From the NCBI RefSeq assembly GCF_001447785.1, contig NW_015171503.1, positions 124,001-188,000 on the forward strand: a stretch of DNA of 64,000 bases, written 5' to 3'. The notes beneath the pieces are model-generated. The model searched no databases, was not told the DNA's origin, and saw nothing but the letters and a program-made list of their open reading frames with translations. The translations under genes were made by a program, and so were the position numbers. Positions 46,101-57,925 of the stretch are shown piece after piece (position 1 is the stretch's first letter; each line of letters starts with the position of its first letter). The DNA is from Gekko japonicus. Its lineage: Eukaryota.

Positions 46101-49100
46101 AATACATTCAGCAATGAAGTGGCACAGTTTTTGACAGGGAGAAAGATTCCTTCCTACATCACTGACCTTCCATCTGAAGTGCTTGCAACGTGAGTAGAGT
46201 CCCTGTTGACAAATGTAGTGCGGCACTCTTTAGAACAGGGGTAGGCAGCCCCTGGCGACACACTGGACCATGTGTCAACAGCCACACACTGGATCATTTT
46301 GCTTGGCATGATCTCCACCCAAGCGACTGAAGCATTTCTGAGGCCAGCAGTACAGAAGAAAGCAACAGGATAGTTTATGCCTTTCATTTTCTCCCAGACC
46401 TGCACAGATGTCAGTGGAGTCGAAGGCAGATCCCAGAGATGCTGATAGCCTAACTGGCTCCTCGCCTGCTCCAAGTGTGTCTGACCAAGTACAACTATTC
46501 CCACCTCCCACCCCCATTTTATTTGTTGGCACACCAACATCTTTACTATATTTGGGCCAGAAAGGTTGCTTCCCTTGTCTTAGAATGTGAGTTTTAGCTG
46601 TCTGGGTCATCCTCAGCCTCATTATATCTGCCTCAACACGGTGGCTGAGTGAAGGAGATGCAGCATCCAGCCTGAAGAGCACTCCCCAGGATCCCTTGCA
46701 ACATCAGAAGATGCCAGAACAAATAAATGTTTGTTTTGTTTAATATAGTTTTATAAGCGCACTCCATTCTTTTAAAATTATGAATGGAAAGTTTATGGGG
46801 TGTTGAACTCATTTGTTACAAGGGCCGGATCTGACATAAATGGGACTTTGTGCGGCCAGGCCATGCGTGTCTATGGTTGCCAGCCTCCAGGTGGACCCTG
46901 GGGATCTCCCACTTTTACAACTGATCTCCAGCTGACAGAGGTCAGCTGCCCTGGAGAAAATGGCTGCTTTGAAGGGTGGACTCTGTGGCATTGTATCATG
47001 CTGAGGCCCCTCCCCTCCTCAAACCCCTCCTTCTCCCGGATCCACCCACAAAGTCTCCAGGTATTTTCCAACCCAGAGCTGGCAACCCTATGCATGCCTT
47101 AACATGTAATGCCAGCTAGCAGAGATATGAACTTTATAAAAGATACAGACACAATTAAAGATATTTTTTAACTTAAAATACAAATATGCTTATTTAACAG
47201 TCTTTGATAACTGACACCTCCCAAATCTCCCCCCACACACAAAAAAAAGATGCCTTCCTAAAATTGAAAGGTTGGGGAATAGTGACGTTTGCCAATGCAA
47301 CTTTTAAAATAAAACATCAAGAAAAAGCACAAGGATCACTACAAAAACTAAAAATATAAACTAAAAATATAAAATACTCTGAGCCTAGGAACATAAAATG
47401 GCTTGGCACTGGAAGCATCTCCCCTCCCCCCCCCAGGTCTACTCAGAGTGGCAGTGGCTCTCCAGTGTAATTTCCCCTTTGGCTGTGGGTTCCCAGGTTA
47501 GAATACTCACTTGGGCACCTGTTCTCAGGTCCGTTCATCAGAGACAAGCTGGCTCAAAACATCAACCCTGTATTTGCAAGGAGACAACTCCTCAAGCAAC
47601 AGCTGCAACTATACAAACACTGGAAAGTGAAACTTCTTGAGCTGCACTCCATTGAAATACATTGCAGCACAGACAAAGTTGCAAAGCAAATGTGGAATAG
47701 ATTTCCCATTAAGGTCTCTGGGCCCAGACAGACAACTCTAAGACTGGAACGACAGCCACCAGAGTGAAATGAGAGTCCCTGGGAGCAGCAGAAGCATTCT
47801 GGGATTGGAAAGAGGGCCCCCAGAGTGGAATTCCATTCCCAGAATGCTACTGCTACTCCCCAGGGCTGTCATTCCCTCTGCGCCCTGTCATTCCAGTTCC
47901 AGAACACAGATTCTATTGCTAGGGACTGTCATTCTACTCTGGGGGCTGTCATTCCAGTCCCAGAGCACTGTTTCTATTGCTGGAAACAATCCCAGAGTAG
48001 TCTTTCTGGGTGCAGAGACATTAATGGAAAAACCCATTCCGTATTTTCTTTGTAACTTTGCAAGCCCCGAAGAGCTTCTGGTGGAAGCAAGCAAAGACAA
48101 GAGGGAGGGAGCTGGGAACTTTGGCAGCCTCAAGCTTCAAAGGGTGAGGACAGGAGGGGGGGAAGAAAAGAGCCACGGGCCTCATTAAAGCCATGGGCTG
48201 GCCACTTCTGGCCTGCGGGCCTTAAGTTTGACACCCCAGTTTATAACATCAAATGCAGTACTTTTAATAATAAATGCAAAAGATCACAACCAGTATCCAC
48301 AAAACTAAATAACAAAGTCATCAATAGCCACAGAAGAAAACAGTGGACAATAAAATGTATTAAGCTAACCATAAGAAAAAGGCCAGACAAGTTAAAAACA
48401 TCTACTTGGGCCAGCCAGAAAGACATCAGTTTCAGTACTAGGCAGAAGGTTACAAGGAGACAGGGTGCCACAACAGAGAAATCCTGTCTCCTGTAGTGGC
48501 CATTCAGCTCTCTGAGGCTCGAGACACAGAGTGGAGCCTCTTGGGATAAGTAGTACAGGAGCTGAGCTTATAGCACTCTACACTCTCTGCAGCGTTCTGG
48601 GGAAGCCAGGGCATAACTTTAGCAGTTTGCATCCTGCTGAGGGCTGCTCCAGCAAGGAATCTTGAGGCTCTCCTTGTTCATCACATTCTGTATCTGTGTA
48701 GGATGATAAACTGTCCTGAGCAAATGCATGACCACCCAAAGAATTTTGACTCTCAAAGAAGTGTGGCTAATGTTACCAGGAAAAGGAGGTGAAATGTGGG
48801 AAAGAATTCTTCAAGGCCCCCTGTTTTCAGTATCAAGAATCAGGGCTGTTCTGGCCCCTTTTCCTGTCCTTTCACTATGCAGACGGATCAGATGCTGTTG
48901 TGGGCTCTACTCTTTTGCACATGTTGCTTACAGAGATTAGCTGCCCTGAAGTGGTACATGTCAGGTTGGATCCAGCCAGTGTTTCTACTGGTGAAAAAGG
49001 GATAAGGGGGTTCCCTCAGCCCACTAAAAAAGGCTGTGCTGGGCATCATGGGACCTGCATGGACTAAAGCTATGTGGAACAGCGGTTGTAGTAAAGAGGG

Positions 49101-49399
49101 CAATTAGGTGAGATTGAATGAAAAAGCTGTCTAGGTATACCCCTATATGTATCTCCCTCGCTTTTCTAGGTACACGCTTAGATGTTTTTTCACTTTTATC
49201 CAGAACCTTTGTTTCAATTTTGTTTGGGAGATTATTGGGGTAGAGGGTGCTTGGAGACCTTAAATCCACTTTTCTTTTTCTCTTTCACCTTTCTTACTGC
49301 TTCAGACCCTTTGGACAAGCTTTGAGGCCTCTGCTCGACTCCATCCAGATCCAGCCACCCGGAGGAAACACTTTCAGCAGACACAATGGACAGAGCTAG
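33492..49399 (+). CDS. DESI1: Desumoylating isopeptidase 1 (PPPDE2), complete, 6 exons, 169 aa
   Basis: 91+22+70+110+123+94=510 nt, all GT-AG. PPPDE motifs [15 protein letters not shown] (catalytic His) and [12 protein letters not shown] (catalytic Cys). Confidence 0.97.
34094..34124. repeat. (GT)n microsatellite
   Basis: About 15 GT units. Confidence 0.95.
36045..36252 (-). mobile_element. 5S rRNA-derived SINE
   Basis: Same family as 59730-59946. Confidence 0.7.
36821..36918. repeat. 48-bp tandem duplication
   Basis: TGCTATCTGGAAAAGAATTATAT...CCCAGGGAAAA...TTGAGT occurs twice. Confidence 0.85.
38031..38866. repeat. AT-rich long imperfect inverted repeat
   Basis: 38031-38234 is the reverse complement of 38593-38866 (with indels). 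Confidence 0.75.
39829..40193. mobile_element. hAT MITE (CAGGGCTTTTT...ATATCCCTG)
   Basis: Perfect 8-bp TSD AATATATA; internal duplication AACTCATTAGCATATTAG(A/G)CCACACCC. Confidence 0.85.
40755..40936 (+). mobile_element. Older GGGTTGCCA-ended MITE family (further copies ~41436-41612 and ~44255-44416)
   Basis: Shared TCCTGTTYCTTTAATAAAGGCTTAATGTG...CATCCCATTAAGCCTCTATTAAAG core in three copies. Confidence 0.65.
41242..41263 (+). CDS. DESI1: DESI1 exon 2 (22-bp microexon)
   Basis: atacag|GGAAGCAGCTGGACGGCATCTG|gtgagt = GKQLDGIW. Confidence 0.93.
41827..42147. mobile_element. hAT MITE, same family as 28057, opposite orientation
   Basis: TIRs plus perfect 8-bp TSD ACCTGAAA. Confidence 0.9.
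42661..42730 (+). CDS. DESI1: DESI1 exon 3
   Basis: [23 protein letters not shown]. Confidence 0.95.
43383..43492 (+). CDS. DESI1: DESI1 exon 4
   Basis: [36 protein letters not shown]. Confidence 0.95.
45493..45700 (-). mobile_element. tRNA-derived SINE, degraded
   Basis: Reverse complement of the 1614 type. Confidence 0.6.
46067..46189 (+). CDS. DESI1: DESI1 exon 5
   Basis: [40 protein letters not shown]. Confidence 0.95.
46872..47090 (+). mobile_element. ~220-bp TAGGGTTGCCA-type hAT MITE (nested)
   Basis: TIRs; imperfect TSD TGCGTGTC/TGCATGCC. Confidence 0.85.
47643..48060. mobile_element. Miniature relative of the 6651-9443 foldback element
   Basis: Shares the subterminal sequence of 9241-9337 in both orientations and the GGGCTGTCATTCC repeats. 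Confidence 0.7.
49306..49399 (+). CDS. DESI1: DESI1 exon 6 (coding part)
   Basis: [33 protein letters not shown]. Confidence 0.95.
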
Positions 49400-51480
49400 C
49401 AAATATCGTGGAAAGTGCCTCCGTTCACCAGGGCTTTCCCTTTTAAAACCCAAATGTACCAGATTCCTATTTTATTATTTCAAGCCAGAGTTAACAGCAA
49501 GAGGGTGCTCCAGACCGTCCAGCAAGAGTAGTTACTGGATTGCATGGGATATGATGCTGCAGGGGTGGGGGAGTTATAAAGTCAAAAAGCATTATATCTA
49601 CTTGCTCAAGGTGTGGGGGGGTTGTTTTTGTTTGTTGGGGAGAATGTCTTGGTTCACTTCTGATGCTTTTAAAATTCTCCCTTGCTAAGAAACTGGAGAG
49701 TAGAAGCCCCACTGCACAACTTAAAGTGAGATGGGTGGCACCGAGTAGCCCAAGCCATCCCTTGGCAGATTGGCTTTTCTTTTTCTTTTTTTTAACCATT
49801 CTTAGGGTATATTTGTGGCAGATGTAGCCCCAAAAGTGTGAGTCTTGCAATACTTACATTCTAGTTAACAGTAACCCAGTATTAAACTTGAATATTCATT
49901 TGTGCTACCTGAAAGGGGGGGGGGGGGTTAAAAACATTAACTGTGAAGAAATGTTATAGGAACTGTGTCTTAAATTAACAATATAATTTTTCCGTGGCTG
50001 AAACCTCCATGACAAATGATTGGATGGTTTTATGATCCTGATTGCCACCTATCTCACAGTATTTCAGCTGGACTGGAAACAATGTGTGGAGTGTCCAGTT
50101 TTGGAGAGAATTATCCCTGCAATTCATCCATAGCCATATGTGAAGCCCCCTTGGAATCTGGTGATGTTAAAATGGAAATCTTTATCACTCTTACCAGTCT
50201 TTCCTCCATGTGATAAAGGAAAAATATGGCAGCTATGTACAGCTGTACAGCTATGTTATTTAAGCACATGCCTTCTATGATGCCATAGTCTTTCCATATG
50301 AAAGTGAGGTAGGTGTTGCAGATGGTCTAAGTTTTGAGGTGGTTCATGGGCTGTTCAAGCTAGCTGGCAACCACTCCAGAAGTTACAGTCCCAAATCAAA
50401 ATTAGCACCTGTGATTTATGAGGTAAAAAGGGAGTCTGCATCAAACTTTCTTCTACATTATATTTAAATGATATACTACTAAAAAGGAATGTGCAGTTCC
50501 TACGGGAAAGGTGTTGGCACTCCATCTTCCTCCAAGTATGTTCAGAAAATCTGGGTCAGCTGTGCAGGGCAAGGAACAAATTATGATGATGATACACTGT
50601 CTTTTCCTGGTAATTATTTCTTCACTTTATCTTATCCCTAGTGACCATGTTCAGGGAAACAAAATGGGGCAAAGGCAATTAGCTTTCATGGAGCCTCACA
50701 GAAGAGACATAACTTTGTCCCAAACACAACCTGGTCCACTGTATTGGTTATTAATTCTGTTAACTTAGAGCTCTTTGGCCCTGATGATGCTCCAAAAAGA
50801 TGCACAGTGAAAGCTATTGTTTGCTCATGGTTGACAGGAAGGGAAGAGAATTTTGTTTCGGCTCAAAGATGGTAATCGCTTTTGTTGTATAACATATGTA
50901 TGAGGATAGAAGGCAACCCTAGCAAGGTAGCCAAATTGCCATCTGTTAGACATCCTCATTCCATCTGTTCACTGAAAGATTCTAAGGTGACAGGAAAAAA
51001 TGCAACCCTACCCCACCACTGAGCTCTTCTCTAGTCCACTTCCCTTTCTTGTTGTGGGATAAAACTGGACTCTTGTTTGCTGGAACAGGCAGGAGAGGAT
51101 GGTGCGTGAAGAGATTGGCATATGAATAAATGGAGAGAGGAATGGACATAGTGGCAGCATGATCCTCTCTTGCTACCTCAACCCTCAGATGGGATCTTCA
51201 CATGGCAGCCTGACAACCCACTGCCTTTCTATTCTGCCAGTATTTTATACCAGTTTTGGTAGCTGTGGCTACATAAGAATGAATAACACAAAATCTGTTC
51301 CTGAATATTCTTAATAGCATGTTCTTTTGCTTGCTATAAAGACATTTGTCTTTTCTTCTTTACCAGATACAGGAGAGGAACAGCAGGTGTCAAATCTTTT
51401 AAAAATGTGTCCTGTTGAAGTTTATGGAAGCACTGAGTCACTGTCTCTTCAGAAAGTTTTTTCCTTACTTTGATGCAGCT

Positions 51481-52008
51481 GGCTCCAAAATACATTTACT
51501 TCCAAGAAAGCTCCACTGAGGACCAAACTGTGCATTTTTTAAAGAATTGTGTCCTGGTTCCTCACAGCCAAACAGCAGCTGTGGGGAATGGCTAGTTAAA
51601 AAACTAAAGGAGAGCCCAAATGGGTTCAGAATGCCACCACAGGGGGAGATAAGACTTGTGCCTTCCCCCAAACTTGTTTTCATGTGCTGACACAGCACTG
51701 GGGTGGAGGGAAGTTTTTGCTGCTCCACGCGATGTATTCTCTGCACATGGAGCAGGAAAAATGAGGAAAGAACTCCCTGTCCAGTGCTGTTTCAGCCAGG
51801 GAAAACTGCTGGGGGGGGGGGGGAGGCAGGAGCCCTCCCTCCGCAGTGGCATTCTGAGCCCATTGGGCTCTCCTTCGTTTTTAAAAAGCCATTCCCCACC
51901 ACAGCTACTTTGTGGCTGTGGGGAACCTAGACCCACCTCTTTAAAAACCTGAACATGTAGTTCAGCCCTGGGATGTTCTTCCAAGTAACTGTGTGTAGGA
52001 CTGGGGCC
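51481..52008. mobile_element. MITE with long imperfect inverted arms downstream of the DESI1 stop codon
   Basis: ~51540-51645 is the reverse complement of ~51838-51945. Confidence 0.6.
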
Positions 52009-54412
52009 TCAGAAGTGCCAAGATTCTTCTTTTTTTTTTTCCTTTAAACTTGTTTGTTATCATCTTAACCATTCCTTCTGTTTATTTTTGTGTGTGCCTT
52101 TCCCCAGCTGACTAGTCCATCTGGCCAAGTAGAGAAATGGAATGTCCTGGAACTTACTTGATCACCCTTCTTAGCATTTTCCTTCCCCACTGCTCCAGGA
52201 TTGCACATCCTGATCTTCCTTTGTATGTCTACTTGGAAGCAGGGGTTTTAGCTCTCCAGAAAATGTGTGTAAGACTGCAGAATGAGACTTCTGCCGCCCC
52301 CGGAGGACTGAAAGGAGTTGAGGATGAGGTTATGAAACCTAATGTCTGTCCTCCCTAATATTTCTGCTACAGAGATGGGGCTTTTGCTATTCAATAATAA
52401 CCATTGGCTCTGTTTTAACATGTGTGCACTACCAATTTGAGCCTTTGAAACCATGGGACTCCTAGAAGAGGCTGTGCTTCAAGGCTAGCTCTCCATTCTA
52501 GGGTAGAAGATAATTGTATGTGCCCCCTTACCAGTTAACACGGTTGAGTGTGGGTGGTCAGCATCTAAGGGGCTGACTGGACCCAGCATTCTACTTAGTC
52601 ACATGTATTTATAAGTATATAAGTATGAGATGTGTATATGTATGTAAATTGACTCACTTCCCACCTGAAGTGGCTGGCAATGGGCGGGGGTGGGGTACCT
52701 AAGCAGCTCTCATGAGAGAGCAAAGGCTTGGCCCTAATGATGGGTCTGTCATATTTCTGGGGATTCCTTTTTGCCATTTTATAACTAAGATAAATAATAA
52801 AGCCTTTTGGCAGAAACTTGTTTGTTGGGTTGTTTTTGTTTGGTTTTGAAGGCTTGTTTTTTTGTTTTCATTGGGTTTTGTAGTCAGCTACTTCAACATT
52901 GCTTTGTTTCTTCACACTGTATCCATTGACTCACTTTTCTCCCAACCAGCTTATAGTATATGTTGTAATGAATCATCATTTTCAGTTATACTAGGGATAG
53001 CATTGAAGGGTGAACAGAATCACCCTTCGTTTGGTCCCTTTCGGACTTACAGTAGCTGTCAGTGGCACAACTGCTGAGCAAAGGCAGTGAAGTTACTAGT
53101 CAAAACAGTACCTTGGCACACCTCCACTAATGATAGTCAGCTTTGGGATTTCACTTTATTTTTGTCTCGTCATAATTGAGGGAGAACAAGTACACTGCTG
53201 CAAGCAGCACAAGTACTACCACCAGTGGAGTCTACACTGGTGCCTGGAGTACAACTGAGAATATAGACAATCCCTAATTGTTTGACAGCAGTGTCTAAAT
53301 GTGAAATGATTCTGCACCAGTGTAGAGTGAGCGAATGAAATCTCCTGATCTGAGAATCTCAGATATAATTTTAATAAACAAGTTTCTGTTCCTTATGGTT
53401 ATGAAACTATCCTTTACTTTGTGCAGGTAACAGTTATAAAATTTCAGAAATCCTCATTGCACCAAATAAGATTTTAACTGGGTCGCAGTGATCTGCTCAG
53501 AACTAGTAGAGAGAATACATTGGGGGGGGGGAGCAAATACCATGCAAATGTACATTGAGTGTAGAATTGTGTACTTCTCAGAGTTTGTGTGCATGCAATG
53601 AAATCCTAGACTAACAAAGAGGAAGCTTTGCAGTTGCTGTTTAACGTTTAAAATGGACTTGCTACCCATGTGGGTGTTAACCTCCAAAATTTTGGAATAT
53701 GATGCTGTTCTAACTGGTAGCCAAGCAAAGTCAATTATGTTACCTCTAAATCTCTTAGTACAAGTACATAAATAAAACTATACAAAGGAAGCAAACCAGA
53801 AAGATTAATAGAGTAATACTCTCAATTGATTGTCCCACTTAATTAGGCAACTGATTTATCACAATGAGTTACCACCACTAGGTGGAAATACAGCATGTGC
53901 ATGATTTCATTCTGCAACTTGGGAATTTGCCATCAGTTACACACTATCATATGTATAAAATCTGACAGCTGCTTTTAATAACACAAACCAGTTTGAAGCT
54001 GAAATAATTTTCAGTGGATAAGTTGAGTGGTTGCTTAACTCTTTCCTCCACCCACCTGTCTTTTCCTTCCTACCCTGAACTGTATTTATTTCTGTGGAGT
54101 TACAAATGCATATTTATCCTAGTATTTCTACCCTGCATAGAGCCAAGAGACAAGGGTGGTTACAGCTCATAAAAATAAAGTGTTACTGACCATTTCCAAT
54201 TCATTCAATGATGTGCTCCCTAATACAGTTCTAAGGAAATGGGTGCAAACTAGTTTCAAACTAGACATGACTTTCCCTTATCTACAGAAAAAGTCCTATA
54301 GTATCTTTGTAGAATCTGCAATGTATAGCTGTAATTGCCTCATGGGAGATATAAATGTCAAGAGAGGTTGTGCAGTACAGCTGTTCAGAGCTTCAGACTC
54401 GGGCACTGTGGC

Positions 54413-54631
54413 TAGGGCTGCCAGCCTCCAGGTGGGGCCTGGGGATCTCCTGCTTTTACAACTGATCTCCAGCTGACAGAGATCAGCTCCCCAGGAGAAA
54501 ATGGCTGCTTTGAAGGGTGGACTCTATGGCATTGTACCATGCTGAGGCCCCTCCCCTTCCCAAACCCCTCCCTCTCCTGGATCTACCCCCAAAGTCTCCA
54601 GGTATTTTCCAACCCAGTCCTGGCAACCCTA
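54413..54631 (+). mobile_element. TAGGGTTGCCA-type hAT MITE inserted in a degraded tRNA SINE
   Basis: Near-identical to the 46872 copy; SINE halves on either side (~54361-54770). Confidence 0.85.
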
Positions 54632-55979
54632 ACTGGCTCAAATCCCCACTCTGCCCTGACCCACACTAGGTGACCTTGAATCAGCAATTATCTTTTAACC
54701 TACCCTTCCTTACAGAGAGTAAAATGAAAGACCCAAGTATGAGCTTTGAAGAAGATGGGATAAAAATATGATAATGGAAAAATCTAAAAAAGGACAGGTG
54801 AGCATGCAGGAGAATTGAAAATTAGGGTGGATAGTCATTATGTTGTTAAAACTAGGACTTCTGAAATCAAATGGGGGTGGACCTGGAACAAATATTGAGA
54901 AATGGAATTATCTCAGATATTTTGAAACTCATTTCCAAGGCTATATGACTCAACCTTGATTAAAGTGTCTATATTGAACACAACATGATTATTGGTGATC
55001 CCAAGCTGCTTGTATTGACTTTATCCATATTTTCCAGAACTGTTCAGTTTTAAAAACATTTGTATGCACGTTAAAGGGTTAATTGGGGATATAACTAGCT
55101 ACTTTATTCCCCTTGACAATACTGTTAGAATATTTAAAAGGAATGGTTTCTTTAAAAATCTAGAATGAGTTTTGAGCTTGCCCACCTGTCTGGGGATCAG
55201 CTGGGAACTGGCACCCCCTTCCGTTCCAGAGGGGAATGCCATCAGGGCCAAAGACATAATGGGGAGACATCTGGTCGCCAAGCTCGTGGGAGCCACCAGA
55301 AGGAGCAACAGCAAGGACCCAGCTGCTGCCAGCAAGAGGGGACAAGGCCGGGAAAAGGAGAGACAGCCCCTGAGGCTGAAGACCAGAGCGGCCCCCAGAG
55401 GCTGGGGCAGCACCAGGGTCACGGGATAAGAGAAGCAGAAAGAGAGGCTCTTAAACCCTTGCCTCAATTCCCACCCCAGGGAGTTGGGGCCACGAAGGGA
55501 GGCTGAGGAGGCTGGGCGTCCCACCACACCCGACACTGAGGAGACAGAGGAACAGGGATGGGATGCAGGTGTTGAGATTCGGGAGCGAGACCTTTGGCCT
55601 CTCTCCTGTGATGGGGGAGGAGGCTTCAGATCAGGAGGGAAGGGCAGAGCTGGGAGAGGGTGATTTAAATGGATAAAGGAAGACTGGCCAGGGAGGAAGT
55701 GCTCCAGACTCTATGCAGGACTGGGGAAATGACTGGGTGGGAGGGAAAAACCCAGCAATAGATCTCGAGAGTGAGCAAGAGGGTCCAGGGTGAAGTACAG
55801 CCCCCCTCTTTTCACAATTCTGAGGCCCTGTCTGCCGGCTTCCCAGAGAAATCACACCATGGAGCAGCTCACCCTCTGACTGGAACCGCGGGAAGCCAGG
55901 GTCTGACACCACCCCCTTGAAGCTTGCCTGATGGCGACTTTACTAACTTACACAGGCACCAGGTGAAAACATTTCATCC

Positions 55980-56200
55980 TAGGCTTGCCAGGTCTGGATT
56001 GGAAAATACCTGGAGATTTGGGGGGGGTGGAGCCTGAGAAGGGTGGTGTTTGGGGAGGGGAGGGACTTCTTTGGAGTGTAATGCCATAGGGTCCACATTC
56101 CAAAGTGGCCATTTTTTCCAGGGGAACTGATCTCTGTTGCCTGGAGATCAGTTGTAATAGCGGGAGATCTCCAGCCGCCAACTAGAGGTTGGCAACGCTA
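55980..56200 (-). mobile_element. TAGGGTTGCCA-type hAT MITE
   Basis: TSD TTTCATCC/TGTCATCC. Confidence 0.85.
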
Positions 56201-57351
56201 TGTCATCCAAGCTTTTAGTTAATTTTCCACCCTTTTGATATTTTGACCACTCTCTACAGCTTGCCCTCCATTTATAAATATGCTGCTGACCTTGCTGATT
56301 TTTTATTTTTACTGCTTAGAATTTTATTGTCTGGGACTTTCTGAACTGTTTTTATTATTTATCATTTTACCCTTGTTGCTAGCTACTTTGGGCAGGATTT
56401 TGGAGAGATGGGACAGAGATATTCTAAATAATAGCCATAACAAGGATGGATATAACTTCTAATTGAAAAATGAGGAAAACTGTGACACTGAGGGGGCACA
56501 GGAATGACCTCAGGGACCAAGGGAGCTGACCAAGGTGGATAGGAGTGGCATGCAAGGCAATGCCCAGTGGAAAGGGTGTGGCCTGATGCACCGATGGCAG
56601 GGCATGGGGGCTAGCTGTCAGATCCCAAGTCAGGATAACAAACCCACGTTCCAAAGAAGTAAGATTTATTTCCAAAGCATGGTTGATCATGAACATACAG
56701 AGATTGTTCAGAATAACGACAATACACAGGGGCAAAGTAATATAGGAACTTCAAACTTGGTTAACCCAATGGGTACATTTCCCTCGTAAGGGAGCTGATT
56801 AGAAAAGGCGCGAAGCAGCCTGAGAACCACAACAGCTAATTTCATAAACACAAGTTGAGTTCACACGGGAAATCTAATTAGGCTAGGCAACAAGACATAA
56901 CACTCCGTCATCCACCTGCAGGAGAAACTTGGCAGTTACAGAAGCATACCAGAAGAGAATAACAAAGGGAGGGAAGGGAGGAAGGCAGGAAGAGGGACGG
57001 GACGTGTCCCAGAGAAATGGCAGCTCGCTGACACTAGCACACATGGCAGTGGTGTATGGGGAGGGCATCTCATTAGGATTCTGTCATGATTGGGGTCAAC
57101 AGCCCAGAAGGCTGGGGCTGGGGCAGGAAGGGCAAGTCCAATTATTGAGCGGAAACATGAGGTGATGATACAGAGTTGAAAGGCAGCTGGGGGCTAAGCA
57201 AAAGGTGGGATAGAGCATGCACGATGACCAGGGAATGCTGCTAACTACCTGGGGGAACAGAGAGCTACAAGGTGCTTTGCAGAGCTGAAAATAAAGAAGA
57301 TGGAAGCCAACTCAAAATAAGCATTGTGATTTATACTATGGAGGCAAGGCC

Positions 57352-57573
57352 TAGGGTTGCCAGCCTCCAGGTGGGGCCTGGAGATCTCTGGCTTTTACAA
57401 CTGATCTCCAGCTGACAGAGATCAGCTCCCCTAGAGAACATGGCTGCTTTGAAGGGTGATCTCTATGCCATTGCACCATGCTGAGCTCCCTCCCATCCCC
57501 AAACCCTGCCCTCTCCTGGATCCTCCCCCAAAGTCCCCAAAAGATATTTTCCCATCCAGGGCTGGCAGCCCTA
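57352..57573 (+). mobile_element. TAGGGTTGCCA-type hAT MITE
   Basis: Perfect 8-bp TSD GCAAGGCC. Confidence 0.88.
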
Positions 57574-57729
57574 GCAAGGCCCCACTTACCCTGCTTTGGG
57601 CCTTCTCCCTACAGGTACCCTGCCTCACTGCCTCCCCCAGGACCCAGTCACAAACACACCGAAAATAATGGAATATGGCCAATAGTTTTATATCTACGTT
57701 GATACACTTTGCTGAAGTATCTCAAGACA

Positions 57730-57925
57730 GGGAGGGAAGGCAGCATGGCATAGCCCAATCTTGTCAGATCTAAGAAGTTCAGCTAAACAGGGTTGGTACT
57801 TGAAAGGTAGACCAGCAAGGAAGACTCTGAAGAGGAAGGCAGTGCCAAACCACCTATTATTCTCTCTTGCCCTGAAAGCCCTTTGCTGGGGTTGCCATAA
57901 GTCAGCTGTGACTTGATGGCACTTT
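57730..57925 (+). mobile_element. 5S rRNA-derived SINE
   Basis: GCCCAATCTTGTCAGATCTAAGAAG...CAGGGTTGGTACTTG 5S-like head plus the same tail. Confidence 0.65.

Larger units (their letters stand above)
46797..48237. mobile_element. Composite hAT (Charlie-like) element containing nested insertions
   Basis: Ends GGGGTGTTGAAC / GTTTGACACCCC; AGTTTAT repeated on both flanks. Confidence 0.65.
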
